A stretch of 64,000 nt of DNA, taken from Candidatus Marinacidobacterales bacterium (lineage in GTDB: Bacteria; Acidobacteriota; Vicinamibacteria; Marinacidobacterales; SMYC01). Position numbers and translations under genes: made by a program. Where the stretch lies: positions 4,256,001 through 4,320,000 of the forward strand of contig OZ250169.1 in the NCBI GenBank assembly GCA_965237955.1. The letters run 5' to 3'. Below, one piece after another: positions 1 to 9,812 of the stretch (position 1 is its first letter; every line of letters begins with the position of its first letter). The notes below the pieces were generated by a model. That model did not search any database. It worked only from the letters and a program-made list of their open reading frames with translations, and was not told where the DNA came from.

Positions 1-900
1 CAATGGATGCAGAAGGCTCTGGACCAGATGAACGTGCAAGTCCACCGTGCGGTGACCGACATTACCGGTAAGACCGGAATGCTCATCGTTCGTGCCATCG
101 TTTCTGGCGAACGTGACCCGATGAAGCTCGCCGAGTTTCGAGATCATCGATGCAAGAAAAGCGTAGACGAAATCGCAGAGCATCTCACCGGCACTTGGCG
201 TGACGAGCATCTTTTCAATCTCGCATCGGCGCTGCGCCTTTACGATGTGCTACAAGCCGAAATCGAACTCTACGACCAGCGTATCCGTGAAGTGGTCATC
301 GAGCTTCAGCCGACCGAGCGCAGACACGACAGTGTGCCCGCTCATCCGAACCCGAACAAGCAAAGCGCCATGCGGCGCCGCGGCGAGCAGGAACAGCGAA
401 CCGAACTGTGGCGTTTTGCTGGATGCGATCTCACCCGCATCGACGGCATCAGCCCCGATACCGCCGCGATCCTACTCACCGAGGTCGGGTTCGACCTCTC
501 TGCCTTCCCCAGTGAAAATCACTTTGTCTCGTGGCTCCGTCTTGCGCCGCGCCGCCCCATCTCGGGTGGAAAGCTACTCTACAAACGCCCCAATGGCACC
601 GGCTCCAACCGTATCGCCGGTGCCTTACGCATGGCTGCATTGTCACTCAACCGTTCGAAGACCGCACTTGGTGCTTACTATCGCCGCATCGCCCGACGTA
701 AAGACGCTAAAACCGCGATCTTTGCCACCGCAAGAAAGCTCGCTCAGCTCGTCTTCCGCATGCTCAAATATGGTCACGAATACACAGACATCGGTGCATC
801 TGCCTTCGAGGAGCGCTTTCGCCGAAACCACATCAACGGCTTGCGAAAGGCAGCCGAAAAGCTCGGCTTTACACTCACTCCCGAGGCTGCTGCAAAGTAG
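1..900 (+). mobile_element. IS110-family transposase (5' end outside the window)
   Basis: The frame is open from the window edge. It carries IS110 motifs QKALDQMN..DITGKTG, IDGIS...LTEVG, FVSWLRLAP...SGGK and ATARKLA. The right end appears short (about 12 bp, tttccggtcagg). Confidence 0.92.
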
Positions 901-961
901 TTTCCGGTCAGGAAGTCTGCACGAAGGTCGCAGGCTCGCCGACGTCGTAGAGGGTGCAGAG

Positions 962-1545
962 CCAGCGGTTCCTCTGCCGATGGCAGACAGGATCTCAAAG
1001 GGTCCGAGCTCGATCACCTCCTCTGTTTTTGCGTAAGCGCCGGGCACGTATTTCAAACCGCTGGAAAGACCAACGGCGCCTTCGAGGGTCTTCATTGTTC
1101 GGCGTCGCCACGCGTGTCACCGCGCACACTTTCGAGTAAGAGATCTCGCCCTTGCCCATGGATTCGCTGATGAGGGGCAAGTTAGCCAAAGCGCGGGCCA
1201 AGCGGATTTTCTCGCGAGTCGGTCGAGAACGAAGACTCGTTTCAAGCACGAAACGCGTTCTGGCACGACCCCCGGCCGAAATCTACCGCTCGATGACCCT
1301 CAGCTCCAGGTGGGAGGGATGCTGCGCAGAGCGGTAGACACGATGTCGCCGACGTCCAGCGGTTCCTCTGCCGATGGCAGACAGGATCTCAAAGGGTCCG
1401 AGCTCGATCACCTCCTCTGTTTTTGCGTAAGCGCCGGGCACGTATTTCAAACCGCTGGAAAGACCAACGGCGCCTTCGAGGGTCTTCATTGTTCGGCGTC
1501 GCCACGCGTGTCACCGCGCACACTTTCGAGTAAGAGATCTCGCCC
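962..1545. repeat. Exact 190-bp direct repeat (962-1151 and 1356-1545) built from unrelated gene fragments
   Basis: Both copies run ccagcggttcctctgcc...gagatctcgccc and match base by base. Confidence 0.9.
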
Positions 1546-1593
1546 GCTTTCTGGAAGTCATCGTCCGAGGCGGAGCTCCAGGTGGGAGGGATG

Positions 1594-3402
1594 CTAAATG
1601 TCATCGTCCGAGGCCACGAACGTCTGGGGATTTCGATCGATGACGGGAAACCAGCTGCTCTGAACGTGAACCATGATCCGGTGCCCCTTCTTGAACGTGT
1701 GGCTGCGGTCGCGCAGATCGAAGGCGAGCCGTGTGATCTCTCCCGGGACCAGGGGCTGCGGCTCGCTGTAACTGCTGCGGAACTTGGCGCGAAAGACCTC
1801 ACCGGCCAGTAGCATCTCGAAATTTCCCATGCGAACGCCGCTCGGATTGGGCTCTCGATCGAGATGATCGCCGGGCAGGACGTCGATGAGCTTCACCACG
1901 AAATCGGCGTCGGTGCCGGTGGTCGAGACATCGAGCTTCGCGATGATGGGCCCGGCAATGGTGACATCCTCGGTGAGGACGTCGGTCTCGTAGACGAGTA
2001 CGTCGGGTCGTCGCGATGCGAAGCGCTGGTCCTCGATCATCCAGAGATGCCCCTGGGTAGTGCGAATCTCCGCCGAGAAAGGCACGGGTCTGTCGGGGTC
2101 GCTGATGTAGCTGTCGAAGACCTCCCCTCTTTCCACCGACTCGCCGGGCCGCTCGAAGGAAAGCTTGCCATCCCCGTGGAAATAAAGCTGGCGAGCGATC
2201 GCCTCGCTTGGCGGCCAGCGATCGTAGCGCCGCCACTGGTTCGCGCCGGTCTCGAAGACCACCGCCTCGGGGAGCTCCGGATCGGGAGCGTCCTTCAAGT
2301 GATGCATGAAGAAGGGAAACAACACTTCCTGCTGATAATAATGTGAGGTTTTGGAGTCGAAATCGATATGCCCCAGTGAGCTTCCGTCCATCCGCGCCCA
2401 ACCACCGTGCAGCCAGGGCCCGACGACCAGCGTGCTCTGGTTGCTAGGAATCTCCTTTTCCATCGCGTAGTAGATGCTCATCGGCCCGTAGAAATCCTCG
2501 GCGTCGAACCAGCCCGCCACGTTGAGCACCGGATGCGTGATGCCCTTCAAGTAACGGAGCAGGTTCTGCCGCTGCCAGTACTCGTCGTAGGTGCCGTGCT
2601 CCATGAACTCGTTCCAGGTCGGAACCGAGTAGTGAAAGTAACTTTCGTTCACGTTGGCGATGGGGCCCAGCTCGAGAAAGAACCGATAGCCATCGGGCGT
2701 ACCGTAGTCGAAGCCCGCTTCTCGCTCCTCGGTGAGACCGGTCCTTACCCGGGCGTTACGTGAAAGCCAGCTGAACGCATACATCAGCCGGAAGGCGCCG
2801 TTATGATGCCAGTCGTCGCCGATAAACATGTCGGAAGGCGGCGCTTGTGGCGAGGAGGCCTTCAGGGCGGGATGGGCGTCGATCATACCCATGACCGTCT
2901 GATAACCGGGATAGGAGATACCCCATTGCCCCACCCGGCCGTTGTGGTTCTCGAGATTGTCGAGCAGCCATTGGATGGTGTCGTAGTTATCCGTGCTCTC
3001 GTCGGTTGCCGAAGGACCCGCGTCCGGCGCCGCGGGAGGCCTCATGACCACGAACTCTCCCTCGGAGCGAAACTTCCCTCGCACGTCCTGGAAGACGAAG
3101 ATGAACCCTTCTCGATCGAACTCGGGTGAAGGACCAAGCTGGTCGCGGTACTCGTCGGGCCCATAGGGACGGATCGAGTAGGGCGTGCGCAGCACGAGAA
3201 AGGGATAGCGCCGGGTCTTGTCTTTGGGCTCGTAGATAATAGTGAAGAGCTTCACGCCGTCCCGCATTGGGATCATGCGCTCGGACTTGATGTAGTGCTG
3301 CCGCAGATCGAGCTCGGGTCGTGGCGCCTGCGCGAGAAGGGGAACCGAGACCAGAACAAGAAGCGATGGCCCCGGGAAGAAACGAAGGAGTTTGCTACGC
3401 AT
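1594..3402 (-). CDS. CocE/NonD family (S15, X-Pro dipeptidyl peptidase/glutaryl-7-ACA acylase-like) secreted hydrolase with a scrambled 3' end
   Basis: It has a signal peptide, IPMRDGVKL, RTPY, DVRGKFRSEG, the nucleophile motif GISYPG, GWFDAED, GPWLHG and SSWFPVIDRNPQ. The probable native C-terminus lies in pieces at 1283-1350 and 1545-1572. Confidence 0.9.
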   Translation of the reverse strand: MRSKLLRFFPGPSLLVLVSVPLLAQAPRPELDLRQHYIKSERMIPMRDGVKLFTIIYEPKDKTRRYPFLVLRTPYSIRPYGPDEYRDQLGPSPEFDREGFIFVFQDVRGKFRSEGEFVVMRPPAAPDAGPSATDESTDNYDTIQWLLDNLENHNGRVGQWGISYPGYQTVMGMIDAHPALKASSPQAPPSDMFIGDDWHHNGAFRLMYAFSWLSRNARVRTGLTEEREAGFDYGTPDGYRFFLELGPIANVNESYFHYSVPTWNEFMEHGTYDEYWQRQNLLRYLKGITHPVLNVAGWFDAEDFYGPMSIYYAMEKEIPSNQSTLVVGPWLHGGWARMDGSSLGHIDFDSKTSHYYQQEVLFPFFMHHLKDAPDPELPEAVVFETGANQWRRYDRWPPSEAIARQLYFHGDGKLSFERPGESVERGEVFDSYISDPDRPVPFSAEIRTTQGHLWMIEDQRFASRRPDVLVYETDVLTEDVTIAGPIIAKLDVSTTGTDADFVVKLIDVLPGDHLDREPNPSGVRMGNFEMLLAGEVFRAKFRSSYSEPQPLVPGEITRLAFDLRDRSHTFKKGHRIMVHVQSSWFPVIDRNPQTFVASDDDI

Positions 3403-3547
3403 GAATCGACCTCCTCTGAGCGAAGCCGTATGATATCGTGGTGTCCATCACCATGACCTGATGGAGCGCGAGATTCTTTGCCCGTCCGCAGTGCAACGTT
3501 GGGCGCTTCGAAACTAGCCCCGTGGATGAAAGGTGGCGTAACAACAC

Positions 3548-3772
3548 GAGAAGGACCTGAGGGGGCTCTCGAAATCCGGGCAGCCTGCTGTCGTGCGAAA
3601 GCTGCAACGGGTCGTCTATCCGCAGTTGAGGCAACACCCGCTCTTTGGGCCGAACATCGGCAAACTCAAGGGTTACACGCCGGACCCGTGGCGGTATCGC
3701 ATTGGCGCGTGGCGATTCTTCTTTGAAATTGATGATGATGAGCGGACCGTGTTCATGACCGCGGTGGCGTAC
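3548..3772 (+). pseudogene. RelE/ParE-family toxin fragment, no antitoxin
   Basis: The translation EKDLRGL...KLQRVVYPQLRQHPLFGPNIGKLKGYTPDPWRYRIGAWRFFFEIDDDERTV lacks the N-terminus. Confidence 0.7.
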
Positions 3773-4576
3773 CCGGGTCGGTCTAAGCCCGAATCGCTGG
3801 GGGTGATCGCCAACACGAAGAAATCGATTCTGAATCTAGTCCCCCGGAGGCCCCCCTCCGCAAGGGGCTCCAGACTCAGGAGGTGAGTCACCACGACACA
3901 CGATACCGCACAACAGGCAGACCAGGGCGGCATCGCACCGATGTGGCCAGGGCACGAGGAGCCCGGTTGGAGAATCCTGGTATGTACTAAGAGACTCCCC
4001 TATCGGGAGAACACTCGACCATAGACAGAGGCAGCTCCGCGACGAATACATGTCAGGCGCTAACCAACACGCGTATTTCAAGTTGATTCACCGTCGCTTC
4101 ATGCTGCTCGTGCCCTGACCAGATGAGCGTGGGAGATCGGATGCTATAAAAAACGGTGTGCCGGGGCTTGACAGTTCAATACATTTCAGTACATTGCTTT
4201 TCCGCCGGGCGAACTAGAAGGCGTGCTCAAGGGGTGTGGGGAACGTTATTATGGGGGGTGACTCGTGCGTTCAAAAAGGACTGGACAACGTGGCTTGCGG
4301 AGTGAAAGGTGCCAAGGCGTGCTCGTACGAGGTCGGGAAATAGACGGGTGGCGTTTCGCGGCACTGCCCTGGCTTCGGCGCAACGCTAACGGTTCATAAG
4401 GCAACGTAGACCGTGTCGCTGAAAAGGGGAGGCGAATGGGCAAGGGGCTCGGGTTTTTGTGGTGGCAAGCCGCTGCAGTCGAGGATCTTTTTTGCGGTTT
4501 GAAACTCGGTGATCAAGGAGAGGATTTTGACTTCGGCCCCCCTGCGTTGCCGGTGCCACGGTGTTGGTTGCTGGGG

Positions 4577-4830
4577 ATGTTCTCACCAACGCTCTCGGCG
4601 GCGAAGAATCAGAAGGCAACGCCGAGATCCATCGAATGCGTTTGTTTGATGGCGACCGCATTCTGCTGTGTAGCGACGGCTTACACGACATGGTCGAAGA
4701 CGAAGAAATCGCGGAGATCTTGAAGCGTGAGCGGGCGTCGAATCCTGCGTGCGAGGCCCCTGGTGAAGAGCGCTCTCGACAACGGCGGTAAGGACAACGT
4801 GACCGGTCGTTGTCGCCGGGCCGAATTCCG
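4577..4830 (+). pseudogene. PP2C Ser/Thr phosphatase C-terminal fragment with a frameshift
   Basis: VLTNALG...LLCSDGLHDMV is followed by a +1 shift at a C-run near 4757 into LVKSALDNGGKDNVT. Confidence 0.85.
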
Positions 4831-4853
4831 GAGGTGGGCTAGGGAAAAAAATC

Positions 4854-4919
4854 AACGCCAAGGCGCCAAGACGCGAAGAGAACTGATGTCAGTCCTTTGC
4901 GTCCTTGCGCCTTTGCGTT
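4854..4919. repeat. REP-like palindromic element (copy 1)
   Basis: The inverted arms are aacgccaaggcgccaagacgcgaag and ctttgcgtccttgcgcctttgcgtt. It lies between convergent genes. Confidence 0.75.
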
Positions 4920-4931
4920 TTTTTCTTCTTT

Positions 4932-6218
4932 TTAGGCGTCCCAGGGGGACGGGCTTCGGACGACTTTTCCCGCTACCGCGGACTCGATGCAGTCCTCGAG
5001 GCTTCCGTATGCCACGTGCACGTCGAGTAGCCCGGGGGAGTACAAGGCGTACTTGCCGGAGTTGGTCATCAGCGTGCGAACGCTCTTCGACAGCATCGGC
5101 GTTGCCAGGATGCAGGTGTCCACCGTCAGCCGTCCCCCGAAACGCGTGAGCGGCTCGATGAGGCCGGCGGCGTCCGCGAGCTGGCGCATGATACGGCTCG
5201 TGGTTACGAGGAAGCTCACTTTGGGGTGGCGCTTTTTGCCCTCGGACATTTTTTTCTCGATCAGAGGCGCGAGCTGGCGGAACTCGTCGAGGGAGAAGTG
5301 CGGGCTCCCAAGAATAACGAGCTCGAGCGTCTTGCCAATCGCAGTCGTCAGCTCCTTCCGTGCGCGACGCAGGGCTCCGACGCTGATACTGAGATTGTCA
5401 TGTTCTGCCGGGGCTTTGCCTCGCAGGGCATCCTGGAGCGTCGGGGCTTCGGGCGTTACGCCGACGATATGGAACAGCCCGACGCTGCCCGAAGAGGCTG
5501 CGGTTGCTGCCAGCGCCTTGAGCTGATTTTCGTTCGGTGAGGCGGCGAGGCCGACGATGACGGGCACCTTGTCGCCTGCGGCCTGTCCAACGAGATGTCC
5601 GAGTACCGGGTAGAAATCATCGCGCGCCGCGAGCGAGCCGGGCACCGGGGCGAGATCGAAGACGAGTTGCCCACCGCGGTTTTCGTCCAGGTGTAGTCCG
5701 GAAGCCGGGACGCGTCCGGTGAGGGCTGCACAAATATCGAGCAGGTCCGGATAGCGTTCGGTACGCGCACCGAGCACGGAGTTCGCGAACACGACCGCGT
5801 TCGACTCGCCCCACGCGATCTGTTGCCCGAGCTTCGGAGCGTGTTCCGTCTGGTACGGAGCGCAGGTCCACGTCGGGAGCGTTCCCATTTTTTGATAAGC
5901 GAGCATTTGGCGGTGCGCTTTCTCCGCCCACTCCGCCGGAACGTCCCATTCTTGCCAGTGCTCTTCGTCCAAACCACTCACGTTGAGCGTCGTGGGCACG
6001 ACGACTTGGCCACCCGATCCGGCCAGACGCTCGGCGAACTCGAGCCCAGCGTCGCCAACGTAGATGGTGCTGTCGACGTGAGCGCCCGTGATGTCGAGCA
6101 TGCGCTCCGCGCCGTAGACGTCGGCCATGCGCACGAGGATGGACATCGCCATCTTCGCAGCACGACCGAGCTCGCCCGCGAGGAGTGCTTTGTCTCTCTT
6201 CGTGAGCTCCAAGCTCAC
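4932..6218 (-). CDS. Aconitase X catalytic (large) subunit, DUF521 (cis-3-hydroxy-L-proline dehydratase-like)
   Basis: Motifs are GAHVDS, VPTTLN, TWTCAPY, AWGESNAVVFANSVLGART, GSPH, DTC and MTNSGKYA. Confidence 0.88.
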   Translation of the reverse strand: MSLELTKRDKALLAGELGRAAKMAMSILVRMADVYGAERMLDITGAHVDSTIYVGDAGLEFAERLAGSGGQVVVPTTLNVSGLDEEHWQEWDVPAEWAEKAHRQMLAYQKMGTLPTWTCAPYQTEHAPKLGQQIAWGESNAVVFANSVLGARTERYPDLLDICAALTGRVPASGLHLDENRGGQLVFDLAPVPGSLAARDDFYPVLGHLVGQAAGDKVPVIVGLAASPNENQLKALAATAASSGSVGLFHIVGVTPEAPTLQDALRGKAPAEHDNLSISVGALRRARKELTTAIGKTLELVILGSPHFSLDEFRQLAPLIEKKMSEGKKRHPKVSFLVTTSRIMRQLADAAGLIEPLTRFGGRLTVDTCILATPMLSKSVRTLMTNSGKYALYSPGLLDVHVAYGSLEDCIESAVAGKVVRSPSPWDA

Positions 6219-7687
6219 GAGCCCCTAGTCTTTTTCAAACGGTTCAGGCGGTGGACCCAGTAGGTGTTGGTGATGACCACCACGACGACGAGCACCGAAA
6301 TTTGGATGACGGCGGTCCCAACGCTCGATTCACTCCGGAGCTTCCACCAGCCGTCGGGATCGAATTGCGTTGCCGATTGGTAGAACCACCATGCCAGCAT
6401 GGCAAGAAACTCGAGCGGCACGACGATCGAGATGACCCACACGAACCAGCTACCGATCGGGTGGTTCTCGTCCTCGGTGTTGATGAGCTCGTCCCGGAAT
6501 TTCGCCGCTCCATACTTGATGACGGTCACCGCGATGAAGAAACCGGAGAACATGAGGCCGATGCCCCAGACCCAATCCTGATTCTTGAAAAAGCCCATGA
6601 AAAACGCCGAGGGAAGGCCGAGCACGAACGACACCACGCCGACCGTGGGCACGGCGCGAGCGCGAGAAAACCCCAGGTCCATCATTATGCGAGACGCCAT
6701 TTCGAGCATGGCGATGAGCGAAGAAATCGCCGCGAAGCTCAGCGCGAGGAAGAAAATGGGGAGAAAGATTCGCCCTCCGGGCATCGACGAGAAAAGCTGC
6801 GGCATCCAGATGAACGTCAGGCCTTCGTTGCCGGCAGCGAGAGCGGCCGTGGCCTGGTCTTCCGGAAGAAGGGCGAAGACGGTACACATCACCGCGATGC
6901 CGGCGAGAAGCGAAGCGGAATTGTTGCCGAACGCGGTCGTGAGTGTCGTCAGCGTGAACGTGTCTTGTTTGCGGAAGTACACGCCATAGGTCGTCACCAG
7001 GCCCCAGCCCGCCCCGGTGCTCCACGCGGATTGGGTCAGCGCTGCCAGCCAGACTTGGTAGTTTCCGAGGTCTTCCCAGTTCGGCGTGAACAGATAGGCC
7101 AGGCCTTTCACGGCCCCGGGAAGCGTGACCGCACGGATGGCCGCGATGACGAGGAGCACGAAAAGCGCGGGGATGAGGATGCGGTTGGTGCGCTCGATAC
7201 CACGGACGACGCCTCTATAGATGATGAAGCATCCTATAGCGAGTGCTATGGCGTGGAAGATCACCGGTTGGATCGGATCGCCAGTGAATCGCGTCCAGTA
7301 ACTCTCGGCATTGTCGGCGGAGAACACCGTGCCCAAGGAAACGGTAAAGTACTTCAGACACCACCCGGTGACGACGGAGTAATAAAACATGATGAAGCAC
7401 GTCACCAGGCCCACGAAAACACCCAACCAGTTGTAGCGTTCTCCTATCAACGTTCCTATTGCGCCCGCCGGGCCGCGGCGGGTGGTCTTGCCGAGAGCGA
7501 ACTCGACGAGAAGCAGCGGGATCGCCCACGCGAACAAGAAGATCACCCAAGGGATGAGAAACGATCCTCCTCCGTTCGCGGCGGCAACTCGTGGAAAACG
7601 CCAGATGTTGCCGGTGCCGATGGCCATGCCGAGCGAGGTCAGCAGGATCCCCCATCGAGACGTGAACTCTTCTTTGGATGTGCTCAC
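6215..7687 (-). CDS. Sodium-dependent transporter, NSS/SNF family
   Basis: The signature GMAIGTGNIWRFP..AAANGGGSFL is present with about 11 hydrophobic segments. Confidence 0.92.
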   Translation of the reverse strand: MSTSKEEFTSRWGILLTSLGMAIGTGNIWRFPRVAAANGGGSFLIPWVIFLFAWAIPLLLVEFALGKTTRRGPAGAIGTLIGERYNWLGVFVGLVTCFIMFYYSVVTGWCLKYFTVSLGTVFSADNAESYWTRFTGDPIQPVIFHAIALAIGCFIIYRGVVRGIERTNRILIPALFVLLVIAAIRAVTLPGAVKGLAYLFTPNWEDLGNYQVWLAALTQSAWSTGAGWGLVTTYGVYFRKQDTFTLTTLTTAFGNNSASLLAGIAVMCTVFALLPEDQATAALAAGNEGLTFIWMPQLFSSMPGGRIFLPIFFLALSFAAISSLIAMLEMASRIMMDLGFSRARAVPTVGVVSFVLGLPSAFFMGFFKNQDWVWGIGLMFSGFFIAVTVIKYGAAKFRDELINTEDENHPIGSWFVWVISIVVPLEFLAMLAWWFYQSATQFDPDGWWKLRSESSVGTAVIQISVLVVVVVITNTYWVHRLNRLKKTRGS

Positions 7688-7693
7688 TGGCCG

Positions 7694-8878
7694 CTACACA
7701 ATGTAGTCGCGCGTAATCTTGTCTATCGATGTCGTGCCGGCTTGGCGCATGACCATTTCGAGCTCGGCGCGCATGATGGTGAGGACCGCTTCAACGCCCG
7801 GTTGACCGAACGCGCTCAGTCCCCACAGGTACGGTCGGCCGATCGCGATCGCGTCGGCGCCGAGGGCGAGTGCTTTGAAAATATCGGTGCCGCGACGAAA
7901 GCCGCCGTCGATGATGACCGGGATTCTGCCTTGCACCGCGTCGGTGATCTCCGCCAGACACTCGATCGTGCCGCGGTTGCTGGCCTCGGCGCGCCCGCCG
8001 TGGTTCGACACGACGATGCCGTCGATGCCGTCGTCGACACAAAGTGCAGCGTCCTCCCCGGTCACGATTCCCTTGATATAGACTTTCATCGTCGTCGTGT
8101 CCTGGAGCCTCTTGACGAAATCCCACGTCATGGTGCGCGGGGATCGGCCCTTGATGAGGGAGTGGTCGACGCCGTCGAACATCGGCTTGCGGTCATAATA
8201 ACCTCCCTCGACGTGGCAGATCTCGCATTGCCGTTCGTCCCGACGCTTGAAGCGCTCGGCAGTCTCCCGGTTGCTGCCACCCTGCAGGTCGACGGTCAGC
8301 GCGACCACGGGGCAGCCCGCGCCCTCGGCGCGCTGGAGCAACCGCTTGGTAATGCTCCACTCACTCGACGGATAGAGCTGGTACCAGATGGGAGCGCCTC
8401 TGGCTTCGGCCACCTCTTCCACCGAGGACGTGGTGACGGTAGAAAGAATCTGTAAGTGGCCTTGGTTGCGCGCTGCTCGAGCGACGGCGACCTCACCTTC
8501 CAGGTGGAACGCTTTCAGACTTCCGGCGGGCGCGATGACGATCGGTGTGTCCCACTTGGTTCCCATCAACTCGATGGAAGTGTCGATGTTGCTTACGTCG
8601 ATGAGTCGTCGCGTTCGGAACTGAAATTTATCGAAGCCCGTTCGATTAGCACGCACGGTACCATCGTCGTCGGTACCGGTGGCGAGATAGCCGTAGTGCG
8701 CGACGGGGAGCGTCTCCTTGGCCGCCTCGTGGAAATCGAAAACGTTGATCGCGTCTTTGGGATCCGATATCGGTCTCGATTCTTGAGCGAACCCTAGGCC
8801 TGGGTAAGCAAGGAGCGGACTAGTCGCCAAGAAGCGAAGGAATCCGCGTCGACTCTCGAGCTCGAACTTGCTGGTCAG
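7694..8878 (-). CDS. FMN-dependent alpha-hydroxy acid oxidase/dehydrogenase with Tat signal; probable CTG start
   Basis: Motifs are LTVD, KGI, VSNHGGR, DGGFRRGTDIFKALALGA and GRPYLWGL. The N-terminus has SRRGFL, and GGAGGT lies 6 nt before the CTG at 8878. Confidence 0.88.
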   Translation of the reverse strand: MTSKFELESRRGFLRFLATSPLLAYPGLGFAQESRPISDPKDAINVFDFHEAAKETLPVAHYGYLATGTDDDGTVRANRTGFDKFQFRTRRLIDVSNIDTSIELMGTKWDTPIVIAPAGSLKAFHLEGEVAVARAARNQGHLQILSTVTTSSVEEVAEARGAPIWYQLYPSSEWSITKRLLQRAEGAGCPVVALTVDLQGGSNRETAERFKRRDERQCEICHVEGGYYDRKPMFDGVDHSLIKGRSPRTMTWDFVKRLQDTTTMKVYIKGIVTGEDAALCVDDGIDGIVVSNHGGRAEASNRGTIECLAEITDAVQGRIPVIIDGGFRRGTDIFKALALGADAIAIGRPYLWGLSAFGQPGVEAVLTIMRAELEMVMRQAGTTSIDKITRDYIV

Positions 8879-8918
8879 CCCTAGACCTCCGATCGTGGCT
8901 TGCGAGGATAGCACGCGG

Positions 8919-9812
8919 CTATTTGAAGATCGACTTGAGAACGTAGCCCGCAATCGCCTGGTTTTTGCGCAGTCGGCGGACCGAATACGGATACCAGTTT
9001 GGGCCGTAAGGGACGGCGACGCGCAAGCGATGCCCGGCATCGCGCACGATCTTCCTGAGCTCGCGCTCGACGCCATGAAGCATCTGGAACTCGTATTGGT
9101 GGGGCTCGAGGCCGAGCCGGTCGATGAGGCGGTACGCCTCCCACACGAGAAGCTCGTCATGGGTCGCGATACCGACGTAGCACCCCGCGCTCAAGAGCTC
9201 GTCGAGGAGCATCACGTAGTTTTCCTGGATGATCGCGCGATCGGTGTAGGCGATCTCCCGGGGCTCGAGGTACACGCCTTTACAAAGGCGTACGTTGGCA
9301 CCGACGTCGGCGAGCCGGCGCACGTCGCCGAGACTCCGGCGCATGCGGGCCTGGATCACGCAACCGAAGTTGTCGAAGTCTTCGCGGAGCCGAAAAAAGA
9401 GCTCGAGGGTATCGTCGATGGTCGGCGAGTCCTCCATGTCCATACGCACGAAGTTCCCGTGGCTTTTCGCGTGCTCCAGGATCGCGCCGATGTTTTGGTA
9501 GCAGAACTCCTTGTCGAGCTTCAGCCCGAGGTGTGTGGGTTTGATGTGGATGTTGCTGTCGAGCTTGCGCGCCGCGATCTCGTCGAGCGCTTTCTTGTAG
9601 TCGCGGACGGCTTCTTCGGACTCTTCTCGCCGGGTGACGAACTCGCCGAGAATGCCCGACGCAGCCATGAGGCCGTCCCGGTTCAATGACTCGATGACAC
9701 GGATCATATCGGCGAGCGTTTCCCCGGCGATGTAAGGGCTGGCAAAAACACGCACCATTGGCTTGGGGACGATGGGAAGCGTCGCGGCAATGAGCCTGTC
9801 GAATAGGCTCAT
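8919..9812 (-). CDS. Monofunctional proline dehydrogenase
   Basis: Motifs are YIAGET, IKPTHLG, RMDMED, RLCKGVY, IATHD, EFQMLHG and VPYG..WYPYSVRRL. Confidence 0.92.
   Translation of the reverse strand: MSLFDRLIAATLPIVPKPMVRVFASPYIAGETLADMIRVIESLNRDGLMAASGILGEFVTRREESEEAVRDYKKALDEIAARKLDSNIHIKPTHLGLKLDKEFCYQNIGAILEHAKSHGNFVRMDMEDSPTIDDTLELFFRLREDFDNFGCVIQARMRRSLGDVRRLADVGANVRLCKGVYLEPREIAYTDRAIIQENYVMLLDELLSAGCYVGIATHDELLVWEAYRLIDRLGLEPHQYEFQMLHGVERELRKIVRDAGHRLRVAVPYGPNWYPYSVRRLRKNQAIAGYVLKSIFK

Noticed and set aside
901-960. IS110 bridge RNA downstream of the transposase
   Set aside because: The sequence after about 912 is a kinase gene scrap. In IS110-group elements the RNA is normally upstream, which is outside this window.
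962-1600. Possible CRISPR-like array, given repeats and foreign-looking snippets
   Set aside because: There is no constant repeat with regular spacers and no cas genes. It is one 190-bp duplication plus irregular short duplications.
6251-8455. 734-aa plus-strand ORF and similar long antisense ORFs (for example 57122-58591, 50846-51976, 41130-42476)
   Set aside because: They are shadow frames of well-supported genes on the opposite strand in high-GC DNA and show no recognisable motifs.
7694-9160. 488-aa version of the hydroxy-acid oxidase
   Set aside because: The extension overlaps the PRODH gene in another frame. The RBS and Tat motif point to 8878.
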